DNA from: Prevotellaceae bacterium
Lineage (GTDB): Bacteria > Bacteroidota > Bacteroidia > Bacteroidales > UBA932
NCBI GenBank assembly: GCA_031257655.1
Contig: JAIROF010000173.1
Location: 1 to 43,936 of the forward strand
Direction: 5' to 3'
Length of the DNA: 43,936 nt
Made by a program: the position numbers and the translations under genes. This document shows positions 1-8,653 of this stretch, in pieces (positions within the stretch are counted from its first letter, which is position 1; each line of letters begins with the position of its first letter). The notes under the pieces were generated by a model, which was not told the DNA's origin, made no database searches, and saw nothing but the letters and a program-made list of their open reading frames with translations.

Positions 1-147
1 TAAAATTCAACATTATTGTATTCCCGACATTATTTTCGCGACAGTAATGTTTTGTGCTATGTTTTTCATATATGACTATATATCAACAACAAAATGTCCA
101 TCAGGTCAGGAGTTCTGAACTTTCGACCGAGCGGAGTATAGCTCCTC

Positions 148-2274
148 CTACCGCATCATCAGCAGCTCCATCATCTTGGTGGCCGCCAGCGATACGGGGG
201 TGCCGGGGCCAAAGATGGCGGCGGCGCCTGCGTCGTAGAGGTACTGGTAGTCCTGGTGGGGTATTACGCCGCCCACGATGATGATGATGTCCTCGCGCCC
301 CAGCTTTTTGAGCTCCTCCACCACCTGCGGGAGGAGGGTTTTGTGGCCGGCGGCGAGGGAGGACATGGCGAAGAAGTGCACGTCGTTTTCCACCGCCTGC
401 TTGGCGGCCTCTTCGGGGGTTTGGAAGAGGGGCCCCATGTCCACGTCGAAGCCCATGTCGGCGTAGCCGGTGGCGACGACTTTTGCGCCGCGGTCGTGCC
501 CGTCCTGCCCCAGCTTGGCCACCATGATGCGCGGCTGGCGACCCTCCTTTTCGGCAAACTCATCTACCAGCGCCTTTGCCCTGTCAAAGGAGGGGTTTCC
601 CTTCGATTCGGCGCTGTATACTCCAGAATTCATACGTATGGTGGCTTTATATCGTCCGGCCACTTTTTCGCAGGCGTCGGAAATTTCGCCCAGCGTGGCG
701 CGCTTTTGCGCGGCGTCGACGGCGAGGGCGAGCAGGTTGCCCGTTTTGGCTTCGACGGCGCGGGTAATGGCGTCGAGGGCGGCCTGCACGTCGGCTTCGC
801 TGCGGGCGGTGCGCAGCGCTTGCAGCCGCTTGATCTGGCTTTCGCGCACGGCGGTGTTGTCCACGTCGAGAATGTCGATGGGGTCTTCCTTGTCGAGGCG
901 GTACTTGTTGAGGCCAACAATCACGTCTACGTTGCTGTCTATGCGGGCTTGCTTTCGGGCTGCCGCCTCTTCGATGCGCATTTTGGGGATGCCCGTTTCG
1001 ATGGCCTTTGCCATTCCGCCCAGCTTTTCCACCTCTTCTATGAGCGCCCAGGCGCGGTGCGCCAGCTCGTGGGTGAGCTTCTCCACGTAGTAGGAGCCGG
1101 CCCAGGGGTCAACGGACTTGGTGATGTTGGTTTCCTCCTGGATGTAGATTTGGGTGTTTCGGGCAATGCGCGCCGAGAAGTCGGTGGGGAGGGCGATGGC
1201 CTCGTCGAGGGCGTTGGTGTGGAGGGACTGGGTGTGCCCCAGCGCCGCCGCCATAGCCTCGATGCAGGTTCGGGCAACGTTGTTGAAGGGGTCTTGCTCG
1301 GTGAGGCTCCAGCCCGACGTTTGCGAGTGGGTGCGCAGGGCGAGCGACTTGGGGGTTTTGGGGTCGAAGGTTTTCACGATTTTAGCCCAGAGCATTCGGG
1401 CGGCCCTCATCTTGGCAATCTCCATGAAGTGGTTCATGCCGATAGCCCAGAAGAAGGATAGGCGGGGCGCAAAGGCGTCTATGCTGAGGCCGGCCTTTAC
1501 GCCGGTGCGCAGGTACTCCAGGCCGTCGGCGAGGGTGTAGGCCATTTCGATGTCGCAGGTGGCGCCGGCCTCCTGCATGTGGTAGCCCGAGATGGAGATG
1601 CTGTTGAACTTGGGCATGTGCTGCGAGGTGTAGGCAAAGATGTCGCCGATGATGCGCATCGAAAATTCGGGCGGGTAGATGTAGGTGTTGCGCACCATGA
1701 ACTCCTTAAGGATGTCGTTTTGGATGGTTCCGCTGAGCTGGTCGAGCGTGCATCCCTGCTCGAGGCCTGCCACGATGTAGAAGGCCAGCACGGGGAGGAC
1801 GGCGCCGTTCATGGTCATGGAGACGGACATTTTGTTGAGGGGGATTTGGTCAAAGAGCACCTTCATGTCCTCGACGCTGCAGATGCTCACGCCGGCTTTT
1901 CCCACGTCGCCCACCACGCGGGGGTGGTCGGCGTCGTAGCCGCGGTGGGTGGCCAGGTCAAAGGCTACGGAGAGGCCTTTTTGTCCGGCGGCAAGGTTGC
2001 GGCGGTAGAAGGCGTTGGATTCTTCGGCGGTGGAGAATCCGGCGTACTGCCGCACCGTCCACGGGCTCATAACGTACATGGTGCTGTAGGGCCCGCGCAG
2101 GTAGGGGGCAATGCCGGCCGCGTAGCAGAGGTGCTCCATGCCCTCCAGATCGGCGGCGGTGTAAAGTGGTTTTACGTCAATTTGCTCGGGCGTGCGCCAT
2201 TCGCTGCCGCCGCCCGCCGCCTCGCGCGCGCTGGCAGCGGCGGAGTAGGTAAGGTCTGAAAATGTGGGACGCAT
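148..2274 (-). CDS. mutB: methylmalonyl-CoA mutase, large (alpha) subunit with C-terminal cobalamin-binding domain
   Basis: 708-aa ORF with ATG at 2274. The N-terminal barrel sequence is canonical MCM: [11 protein letters not shown]...[49 protein letters not shown]. The C-terminal [17 protein letters not shown] carries the DxHxxG B12-binding motif. Confidence 0.95.
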   Translation of the reverse strand: MRPTFSDLTYSAAASAREAAGGGSEWRTPEQIDVKPLYTAADLEGMEHLCYAAGIAPYLRGPYSTMYVMSPWTVRQYAGFSTAEESNAFYRRNLAAGQKGLSVAFDLATHRGYDADHPRVVGDVGKAGVSICSVEDMKVLFDQIPLNKMSVSMTMNGAVLPVLAFYIVAGLEQGCTLDQLSGTIQNDILKEFMVRNTYIYPPEFSMRIIGDIFAYTSQHMPKFNSISISGYHMQEAGATCDIEMAYTLADGLEYLRTGVKAGLSIDAFAPRLSFFWAIGMNHFMEIAKMRAARMLWAKIVKTFDPKTPKSLALRTHSQTSGWSLTEQDPFNNVARTCIEAMAAALGHTQSLHTNALDEAIALPTDFSARIARNTQIYIQEETNITKSVDPWAGSYYVEKLTHELAHRAWALIEEVEKLGGMAKAIETGIPKMRIEEAAARKQARIDSNVDVIVGLNKYRLDKEDPIDILDVDNTAVRESQIKRLQALRTARSEADVQAALDAITRAVEAKTGNLLALAVDAAQKRATLGEISDACEKVAGRYKATIRMNSGVYSAESKGNPSFDRAKALVDEFAEKEGRQPRIMVAKLGQDGHDRGAKVVATGYADMGFDVDMGPLFQTPEEAAKQAVENDVHFFAMSSLAAGHKTLLPQVVEELKKLGREDIIIIVGGVIPHQDYQYLYDAGAAAIFGPGTPVSLAATKMMELLMMR

Positions 2275-2309
2275 ATTGTATGTTAGATTGATTAAGTATA
2301 TTTTTTCTG

Positions 2310-2639
2310 CTAAATAACGATTTTGGCGTTGAACATTGCGCGCGCGTCTTCATATTCGTCGGGCGTTTTGGTCAGAATATCCATGGGCACTACAAATTTG
2401 CGCATAACCTCAAGGTTTGGCTGCACGGTCATTCTTGCCCGCTCAAAAATATCCTTACCCTCAAACGCCTTGGATACGATGATGAGGTCAATATCGCTGT
2501 CCTCGTGCGGGTTGCCGTTGTTGAACGAGCCAAATAGCGCAATTCGGTTATCAATACCATGCCTCACCAGCGTTTGGTGCATGTAGGCAATCACGCTATC
2601 TACCGTTGCCCTGTCCAAGTTTACTGCATCTTTATCCAT
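2310..2639 (-). CDS. minimal nucleotidyltransferase (MNT-type, partner of HEPN; antitoxin-like)
   Basis: 109-aa [24 protein letters not shown] matches the GS-x(n)-D-x-D pol-beta-fold NTase signature. Its ATG (2639) lies inside the 3' end of the upstream HEPN reading frame, a typical TA-operon overlap. Confidence 0.8.
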   Translation of the reverse strand: MDKDAVNLDRATVDSVIAYMHQTLVRHGIDNRIALFGSFNNGNPHEDSDIDLIIVSKAFEGKDIFERARMTVQPNLEVMRKFVVPMDILTKTPDEYEDARAMFNAKIVI

Positions 2640-3012
2640 GGCTGTACTGTTTTTGTTTGTTGGTAAATGTTGATAGCTTGTTCTTTAGTGTAGAGCGCCA
2701 TCATTCTGCGCAAATCTTCCGGATAGCGCACTACTATGGACAAGCTGTTTATCCATTCTAAAAAACTTTTATGTCTTCCGGCAAATTCAAGGTGATTTTT
2801 TCCACAAAATACAGCAAGTTATGCAGCTTTGGCGGTATTTTGTTAAACCGCTTTATGTACAATCCTTTCAGCGCTTTTTCCAAGCTCAGGTGGCACATGT
2901 AAATGCAGTAAATGTTTCTTCCGGTTTTCAGCATAGAATCGGCCACGTCCAAGTCGTAGTCGGACTGCAAAAACCATTCTTCGTAGCTAAGCTGCTTTTC
3001 CATGATATGCAT
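2621..3012 (-). pseudogene. HEPN-domain protein, frame broken by a 1-nt shift in a T6 run (A6 on + strand, 2760-2765)
   Basis: Frame 1 runs from ATG 3012 (or 3003): MHIMEKQLSYEEWFLQSDYDLDVADSMLKTGRNIYCIYMCHLSLEKALKGLYIKRFNKIPPKLHNLLYF...DIKVF, then TAG at 2758-2760. The next frame continues directly with [45 protein letters not shown] and stops at 2621-2623. One extra T in the run would join both halves into a ~130-aa HEPN protein with EKALK...HNL and RYPED elements. The first 56 codons of the track ORF (3013-3180) look like a spurious extension. Confidence 0.65.
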
Positions 3013-3033
3013 TTTTGTATTAGCATGAGGCTG

Positions 3034-3041
3034 CAAAGTTA
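3034..3041 (-). promoter_or_regulatory. Bacteroidota -7 promoter box (TAACTTTG) for the HEPN-MNT operon
   Basis: Exact match to TAnnTTTG on the - strand, 22 nt upstream of the ATG at 3012. Confidence 0.45.
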
Positions 3042-3531
3042 ATAAATATTTCCTTCTCCCAAAAGCTGAAGCGACTAAATTAATTGGGCTTAGCCGCCCC
3101 GAATGGAGAGCAGTACAACGCACCGCAAAAAACAACATGTTAGTATCCAAATGCTTGCGCCACTTTTCCCGCGATGGCAAAAAAGCGACAGCTGGCGGTT
3201 AGCCTATATCAGCAGCAAAGCCGACAAGGGTCGACAAATGGCGCTCTCTGCCAAATAATGGGGCTAAATGCCTTTTTGCCAGGGCGTAAGCATAGCAGCG
3301 CTGTCTTTTTTGGCGTATTCGCCCAAAGTACAGGCAAATTTGTTACCTTTGTGCCGTTAGCCACTGCTTAAAAAGCGATTTTGAACAATTACATTGAAAA
3401 TAGCTGTACTCAGCGCCGCTAAAGCAAGCCGAGCGGAAGCAAGCGCTACTCTTTTATTTAGCTGATACGGAAAATATCCATCTAAAATTTGTGAACCCCG
3501 AAAATTAAACAACGCATAAAAAATAGCAGCC

Positions 3532-4899
3532 ATGGAATTTAGCATAAAAAATAATCAGGTCGTTTCGCTCAGCCTGCTAAAGAAAGAGGCGGCCACAGGC
3601 AATGACATTTTATTTGCCTTAATCGACGAAGGTCAGCGCCCCTGGGTTGAGCTGAAGCTGCACAACAACGAATTAGCTGTAATCCAAAAATCGGATGATA
3701 TTATTGCGGATGATATTTTCGACCTTAAGCTGGAGGAAATACTGTTGGAGATAATAGAAACAGAGCAGTCTGGGACGGACAGCTACAGCGAACAAAACAC
3801 GCTAGAGCCTAACCCGTACGACCCCGACCAAATTAAAGTCCGCTCCGATAAAATATCCATCACGCTTATTTCGCAGATGATTGACAACGGCGACATTGAT
3901 TTAAATCCCGATTTTCAGAGGCATTTGGTTTGGGATCAGATACAAAAATCGCGCTTGATTGAATCCATTTTGCTGCGAATACCCCTACCTATGTTCTACT
4001 TTGCGGAAGACAAAGAGGGAAAGCTGTCGGTTGTTGACGGGTTGCAGCGAATATCGGCCATTAAAGAATTTATGGACAATAAATTCCCTTTAAAAAACTT
4101 ACAGTACCTGGAAGAAAGCTGCAGGGGTAAGCACTATGAAACAAAGGGAGATAAGCAAGGTATTGACACAAAATATTTTAGATGGTTTAACTTGACCACG
4201 CTGTCGGCAAACATCATAGACCCGAGCTCTCCGTTTAAGGTGAAATATGATATTTTTAGAAGAATCAACACCGGCGGGAAGCCGTTGAATAACCAGGAAA
4301 TACGTAACTGCTTAACGGGAGAGGGGTTAAGAAGCGTCCTCAAAAAAATGGCATCCTTAAAGGAGTTTAAAACGGCAACCGATAATAGCATTAAGCCCAA
4401 GCGCATGGATGACCAAGAGGTTGCCCTCCGATTTCTCATGTTTTACGAAATGAAAGCCACAAAAGGAAATATAGCTTCCTACAGCGGCTACATGGATTCT
4501 TCTCTGGATGCATTTACAGAAGCCCACATAAAAAGCAAACAGATTGATTTTGAACAATCTGTAAAACGTTTTGCCGAGGCGATGAAAAATGCAGAGTACT
4601 TGTTTGGCAAAAAATATGCATTTAGAAAAGTTACGCCTAAAAACACCCGGCCTGATGCATACAAGCAGCTGATAAACAAATCACTGTTTGTATGCGCATC
4701 CATTTTACTGGCCGATTATAGCCACGAAAAAATTAAAGCGCTAAACAGCCGTCAAGCGTTGCTATCCCCTCTGGCAAAGGAGGTAGAAAGCAACAAACAA
4801 TTTTTTGCCTACCTGTCTTACGGAACCAACGGCAAAGCGAATTTCCTTTACGTGTACGACACGCTGGCCAAGCTGTTCAGCTCGGTAGTAAAATACTAA
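3532..4899 (+). CDS. DUF262 (ParB/Srx-fold, GmrSD/SspE N-domain-like) protein, no recognisable fused nuclease
   Basis: 455-aa ORF. Core sequence: DLNPDFQRHLVWDQIQKSRLIESILLRIPLPMFYFAEDKEGKLSVVDGLQRISAIKEF, followed by FRRINTGGKPLNNQEIRN. These are the FQR...W / DGxQR / N-x-G-x-x-L motifs of DUF262. The N-terminal ~110 aa are unassigned. AT-rich codon usage differs from the flanking genes. Confidence 0.8.
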   Translation: MEFSIKNNQVVSLSLLKKEAATGNDILFALIDEGQRPWVELKLHNNELAVIQKSDDIIADDIFDLKLEEILLEIIETEQSGTDSYSEQNTLEPNPYDPDQIKVRSDKISITLISQMIDNGDIDLNPDFQRHLVWDQIQKSRLIESILLRIPLPMFYFAEDKEGKLSVVDGLQRISAIKEFMDNKFPLKNLQYLEESCRGKHYETKGDKQGIDTKYFRWFNLTTLSANIIDPSSPFKVKYDIFRRINTGGKPLNNQEIRNCLTGEGLRSVLKKMASLKEFKTATDNSIKPKRMDDQEVALRFLMFYEMKATKGNIASYSGYMDSSLDAFTEAHIKSKQIDFEQSVKRFAEAMKNAEYLFGKKYAFRKVTPKNTRPDAYKQLINKSLFVCASILLADYSHEKIKALNSRQALLSPLAKEVESNKQFFAYLSYGTNGKANFLYVYDTLAKLFSSVVKY

Positions 4900-4903
4900 A
4901 ACA

Positions 4904-6046
4904 ATGAAACATATCACCATCAAAAACTTCAAATGCTTCCATGAGGTCGATATTCCGCTCAGCAAATTAGCTGTTTTGGCCGGAGCAAATGGCAATGGGA
5001 AAAGCACAGCGATTCAATCTTTGCTGTTTTTACGAAAGACCATAGAGCACTGCGCCAAATGGGAAAAAGGCCGGTTCGATTACAGCGCACCGAATGGGCT
5101 GAACGTAGAGCTGAACGGCTCATACTGCCTTGACTTGGGAAACAGCGACTACGTAATACCCGTAGATTCCAACATGCGCGATATAATTACGTTAGGATTA
5201 TTTGATGAGCGCAACAACAACGAATTTACAGTTACCTACAGCACCAATACCGGACAAGAGTTGTGGTTAACGCCCAAAGAAGTGTCTAACCGCTACAGAG
5301 ATAACCCTCTATGCCACCAAGAGTTTTACTACCTAAACGCAGAAAGGATAGGGCCGCGAATGTCTCAGAGCATAAAATTTTACGACTACCCTAACGTAGG
5401 CTTTAAAGGAGAGTACACGGCACAAATCATCTCCAACCTAAACTGGAGCTTCAAAGTAGACGAAGAGCGGGTTAACAGCGAAAATTTGTTGGGCAGCCGT
5501 TTTGAGCACTACATCAACGCATGGTTGAGGTTTATACTTCCGGGTGTTTCTGTTGCGTCCCACTTTGACGATAAAACGCATACTGCCCGCATTGAAGTTC
5601 AAAACAGCTACTCCAAGAACAACGCCATAATCCCGACCAATACGGGGTTTGGTATAAGCTACGTTCTACCCATTATCGTATCCGGGTTGATTGCCAAAAA
5701 GGATAGATTTATGATTGTCGAAAACCCCGAAGCACACTTACATCCTTCCGCTCAATCAAAAGTTGGTCAATTTTTGGCAATAATTGCCAACGCTGGAGTT
5801 AACGTTATTGTAGAAACCCATAGCGACCATGTCATTAACGGCATTCAAATTGCGGTTGTCCGCAACAAAATAAAGCCGGAAAACGTTTGCATTAACTTCT
5901 TCCAGCAGGATGATAACGCTACTCAGCCAAAAGTTACCACCATCGGTATAAAAGAAAAAGGGGAGCTAACGGATTGGCCTAAAGGATTTTTCGACCAAAC
6001 ACAAATTGACTATTCATACCTGATACAGCTTAGACGAAATGTTTAA
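4904..6046 (+). CDS. ABC/OLD-type AAA ATPase (AAA_15/21-like) with DUF3696-like C-terminus
   Basis: 380-aa ORF starting 4 nt after the DUF262 stop. Walker A is LAGANGNGKST. Walker B region is RFMIVENPEAHLHPSAQ. H-loop is IVETHSDHVINGI. C-terminal GELTDWPKGFFDQ is as I remember for DUF3696. Confidence 0.8.
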   Translation: MKHITIKNFKCFHEVDIPLSKLAVLAGANGNGKSTAIQSLLFLRKTIEHCAKWEKGRFDYSAPNGLNVELNGSYCLDLGNSDYVIPVDSNMRDIITLGLFDERNNNEFTVTYSTNTGQELWLTPKEVSNRYRDNPLCHQEFYYLNAERIGPRMSQSIKFYDYPNVGFKGEYTAQIISNLNWSFKVDEERVNSENLLGSRFEHYINAWLRFILPGVSVASHFDDKTHTARIEVQNSYSKNNAIIPTNTGFGISYVLPIIVSGLIAKKDRFMIVENPEAHLHPSAQSKVGQFLAIIANAGVNVIVETHSDHVINGIQIAVVRNKIKPENVCINFFQQDDNATQPKVTTIGIKEKGELTDWPKGFFDQTQIDYSYLIQLRRNV

Positions 6047-6854
6047 CTACTACTTGTACCATAGAAGCTACGAAAATTCAGCAGCTCAAGAAATTGAGCG
6101 CAACTTGCAAGATTTAAACGAGATCGTTTTCTGCGAACGGCGCGAAAACGAACATTTCTTTAAGCACGATGAGACCATTTGGGGCGTAAAAACAGCAGAT
6201 GGAATTTTTGGCGAGGTGGTTTTTTCAAAAATAGCGGATAAGCAATTTAGCAATAGCGTTATTCCCAAGTTGTTTAACGCCATTGATGCTATCGAAAAGG
6301 AAATATTATCTTTTGACGACTTCGACAATTTATACAAAACATACAACGCATTTTACGGAATTAATTTTGCCAACCTAAATTTAGACACACAACGCTGCCT
6401 CCGCAGTAAAGAGGCTTATAAAACGTTTCGCGCCAAATTTTTATGGGAGCTTACCCCCGCCTCGCTCTGGGAGCGGAGAGAGCAACTTTTTTCAAAAATC
6501 ATCCTTTGCCCTTCTGTTGAAGAGCAAATTAAAACGATTGGAGCTTCTTACATCGCTCAAATAGCATCAACGCTGAGAAAATTAGATGAATATGCTGTTC
6601 AATATTGGGAAAAAGGCAGCTTTAGCTATGATGACGCCAATAAAAAAGCGGCCTTAAATATTTCGCCTGAATCTGAAACCACAATGTCGCAGAATAAATA
6701 CCGTAATCAAAGAGTATTTTCTATGCCCGACGGAAGAAAAGAATGCTTTGAGCTGCACATAAAAGTGAGAGATATACGTTTTCATATTTTCCCCGAAGGT
6801 GGGAAAATTTATATTGGGTATATTGGAAAACACCTTAATACTGCTAAATTTTAG
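6039..6854 (+). CDS. hypothetical protein, third gene of the DUF262-ATPase operon
   Basis: 271-aa ORF. Its ATG overlaps the ATPase stop (ATGTTTAA, 6039-6046). Same AT-rich composition as the two upstream genes. I recognise no family. The C-terminus is ECFELHIKVRDIRFHIFPEGGKIYIGYIGKHLNTAKF. Confidence 0.7.
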   Translation: MFNYYLYHRSYENSAAQEIERNLQDLNEIVFCERRENEHFFKHDETIWGVKTADGIFGEVVFSKIADKQFSNSVIPKLFNAIDAIEKEILSFDDFDNLYKTYNAFYGINFANLNLDTQRCLRSKEAYKTFRAKFLWELTPASLWERREQLFSKIILCPSVEEQIKTIGASYIAQIASTLRKLDEYAVQYWEKGSFSYDDANKKAALNISPESETTMSQNKYRNQRVFSMPDGRKECFELHIKVRDIRFHIFPEGGKIYIGYIGKHLNTAKF

Positions 6855-7168
6855 AGTGTCACGAAGCCCCTGCCCGATTCAACACAGCATTTCCCGATCA
6901 GGCTGGCTGCGCGCTGTACCTTACCCTCCGGTGCGGCAGCGCAAAGCGCAGCAAGGCGCACCGCCGCGTGCCTCCACCGCACCGGCAATCCGCGCCTCGC
7001 GCAATTAAAATCTAAACGGGAATCTCTAAAAACCCAAAACAAGGCTTGGGGCTGAGGCAAAAGCGGAGGTTAGTAAGGTAGTGAGCGCAGCAAATGAGCA
7101 CTTTGCCGAGGGAGCGTAGCGCAGCGCTTGGGGGGGCGAGGGTTGGAGGTTTCCTAACCCTTCTTCGC

Positions 7169-8140
7169 TCAGGTTTTTCTTTGCAGGAGCGCAAGCGCCA
7201 GGCGTTCGAGGTGTTCCTTTCGCTCGCGCGGCGCGCTCACCTGCGCGAGGCTTTGCATGGCGGCGTTGAAGAGGGTATTTTCCGCATCCTTCAGCAGCTG
7301 CTGTGCGTTGGCCTTTGCGTAGAAGCGTTTTGCCTGCAGCACCTTTTCGGCGGTGGGGAGGCGGGTAGTTTGCATGAGCAGCAAAAAATCGTCGCGCTCA
7401 CGCCCTCGCAGGGCCGCCACCGTGCTCACAAACAGGAAAGTTTTTTTGCCTGCGGCAATGTCTCCGCCCGTAGCTTTTCCAAATTCTGCGGCGTTGGCGT
7501 ATGCGTCGAGGTAGTCGTCTTGCAGCTGAAACGCCAGCCCGAGCTTATAGGCAAAGTCGTACAGGCGCCGAACGTCGGCGTCGCCGGCGGAGGCGGCCAA
7601 GGCGCCCATGGCGGCGGAGGCGGCCAGCAGCGCCGCCGTTTTTTTGCCCACCATGGCAAAGTACTCGTCCTTGGTAATGGTGGGCTGCTGCTCAAAGTCC
7701 ACGTCGAGCTGCTGGCCTTCGCAGACCTCCGTTGCCGCGCGGTTGAAGGCGTCCAGCACTGCGGCGTTGCCGGCAGCGCCGCACACCAGCTTGTAGGCTT
7801 CAATCAGCATGGCGTCGCCGGAGAGGATGGCGGCGCTCACGCCCCACTTGCTCACCACGGTTGGGCGTCCGCGCCGCAGGCTTGCCCGGTCCATAATATC
7901 GTCGTGGATGAGCGTAAAGCAGTGAAAGAGCTCTACGCCCAGCGAAAGGTCGACGTGCTTTTTTTCCAGCTCCTGCGCAAACAGGTCGGCGCACATGAGC
8001 AGCAGCACCGGCCGTATGTGCTTTCCCCCCGATAGCAGGGCGTAGCGCATGGGCTGGTAGAGCATTTCCGGCGTTTGCGGAAAGCTTAAGCCGGCCATTG
8101 CGCGGGCAACTTGCTCCGCGAGCTGCGAAAAGGAGTACAT
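7169..8140 (-). CDS. polyprenyl diphosphate synthase (trans-isoprenyl diphosphate synthase family)
   Basis: 323-aa ORF. First aspartate-rich motif is LIHDDIMDRASLRRGRPT. Second is FQLQDDYLDAY. Confidence 0.9.
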   Translation of the reverse strand: MYSFSQLAEQVARAMAGLSFPQTPEMLYQPMRYALLSGGKHIRPVLLLMCADLFAQELEKKHVDLSLGVELFHCFTLIHDDIMDRASLRRGRPTVVSKWGVSAAILSGDAMLIEAYKLVCGAAGNAAVLDAFNRAATEVCEGQQLDVDFEQQPTITKDEYFAMVGKKTAALLAASAAMGALAASAGDADVRRLYDFAYKLGLAFQLQDDYLDAYANAAEFGKATGGDIAAGKKTFLFVSTVAALRGRERDDFLLLMQTTRLPTAEKVLQAKRFYAKANAQQLLKDAENTLFNAAMQSLAQVSAPRERKEHLERLALALLQRKT

Positions 8141-8148
8141 GGCGCCGG

Positions 8149-8553
8149 CTACTTTTGGCTGGCAGCCGGAGCTGCAGCGTCCTTATTCTTGTTGGGGTGG
8201 CCGCCGCTGCCGGACATGTTGCAGTAGCCAACAAACTTGGCGCCCACCTCAATGAGGATTTGCTCCGTAGTAACGTCGCCGGTAATATTTGCCGTAGATT
8301 TGAGCGCAAGAAAATCGCTTGCCGTTATTTTGCCGTTAACTTTGCCGAGGATGTCGGAATTTTTGCAGACAACATCCCCTTTTATATGCCCGGTTTCGCC
8401 TACCACGAATTTTCCTTTGGTGGTAACATTACCCTCCAACACGCCGTCTATGCGAATATCACTTGCCGCTAAAATGTTGCCAATAAAGGTAGTACCTGAA
8501 CAAATCCGGTTGATGCCGTTTGAAATGATTTCGGTGTCTTGTGCTTTTCCCAT
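8149..8553 (-). CDS. bactofilin-family polymer-forming protein (DUF583)
   Basis: 134-aa ORF with the repetitive beta-helix pattern IGNILAASDIRIDGVLEGNVTTKGKFVVGETGHIKGDVVCKNSDILGKVNGKITA. It sits 8 nt upstream of the polyprenyl synthase start, so the two are probably an operon. Confidence 0.85.
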   Translation of the reverse strand: MGKAQDTEIISNGINRICSGTTFIGNILAASDIRIDGVLEGNVTTKGKFVVGETGHIKGDVVCKNSDILGKVNGKITASDFLALKSTANITGDVTTEQILIEVGAKFVGYCNMSGSGGHPNKNKDAAAPAASQK

Positions 8554-8582
8554 ATTATCTGATTTTTTATATTATTTTGGAA

Positions 8583-8590
8583 CAAATATA
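8583..8590 (-). promoter_or_regulatory. -7 promoter box (TATATTTG) for the bactofilin/polyprenyl synthase operon
   Basis: Exact TAnnTTTG on the - strand, 30 nt upstream of the ATG at 8553. Confidence 0.4.
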
Positions 8591-8653
8591 AGGCTATTTT
8601 CCATACTTTCGCAAAGAAATTTTATCAAAAGAAATAGACATCCCGAACATTTT

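Noticed and set aside
256-1461. 401-aa ORF on the + strand
   Set aside because: It is entirely antisense to the unambiguous mutB gene. Its composition is Gly/Val/His/Ala-rich, typical of a shadow ORF in high-GC DNA, and it has no motifs.
3013-3180. Upstream extension of the HEPN ORF (MPSREKWRKH...)
   Set aside because: A TAACTTTG promoter box lies inside it at 3034-3041. The HEPN homology starts only at the downstream Met.
3357-3545. 62-aa ORF on the - strand overlapping the DUF262 start
   Set aside because: It has no promoter box or motif. It overlaps the start of a well-supported gene and is probably random in an AT-rich spacer.
7110-7165. tRNA-like start GGGAGCGTAGCGCAGCGCTTGG...
   Set aside because: There is no T-arm (GGTTCGAAT-like) and no acceptor-stem complement or cloverleaf. 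The GGGTT/AACCC hairpin is more likely the terminator of the polyprenyl synthase operon.
7094-8035. 313-aa ORF on the + strand
   Set aside because: It is antisense to the polyprenyl synthase, which has both DDxxD motifs. It is a low-complexity Gly/Ala/Val shadow.
8237-8653. N-terminal 139 codons of the 987-aa track ORF
   Set aside because: This stretch overlaps the bactofilin gene on the other strand. The ATG at 8654 is followed immediately by a TM anchor, which fits an AsmA-type start.
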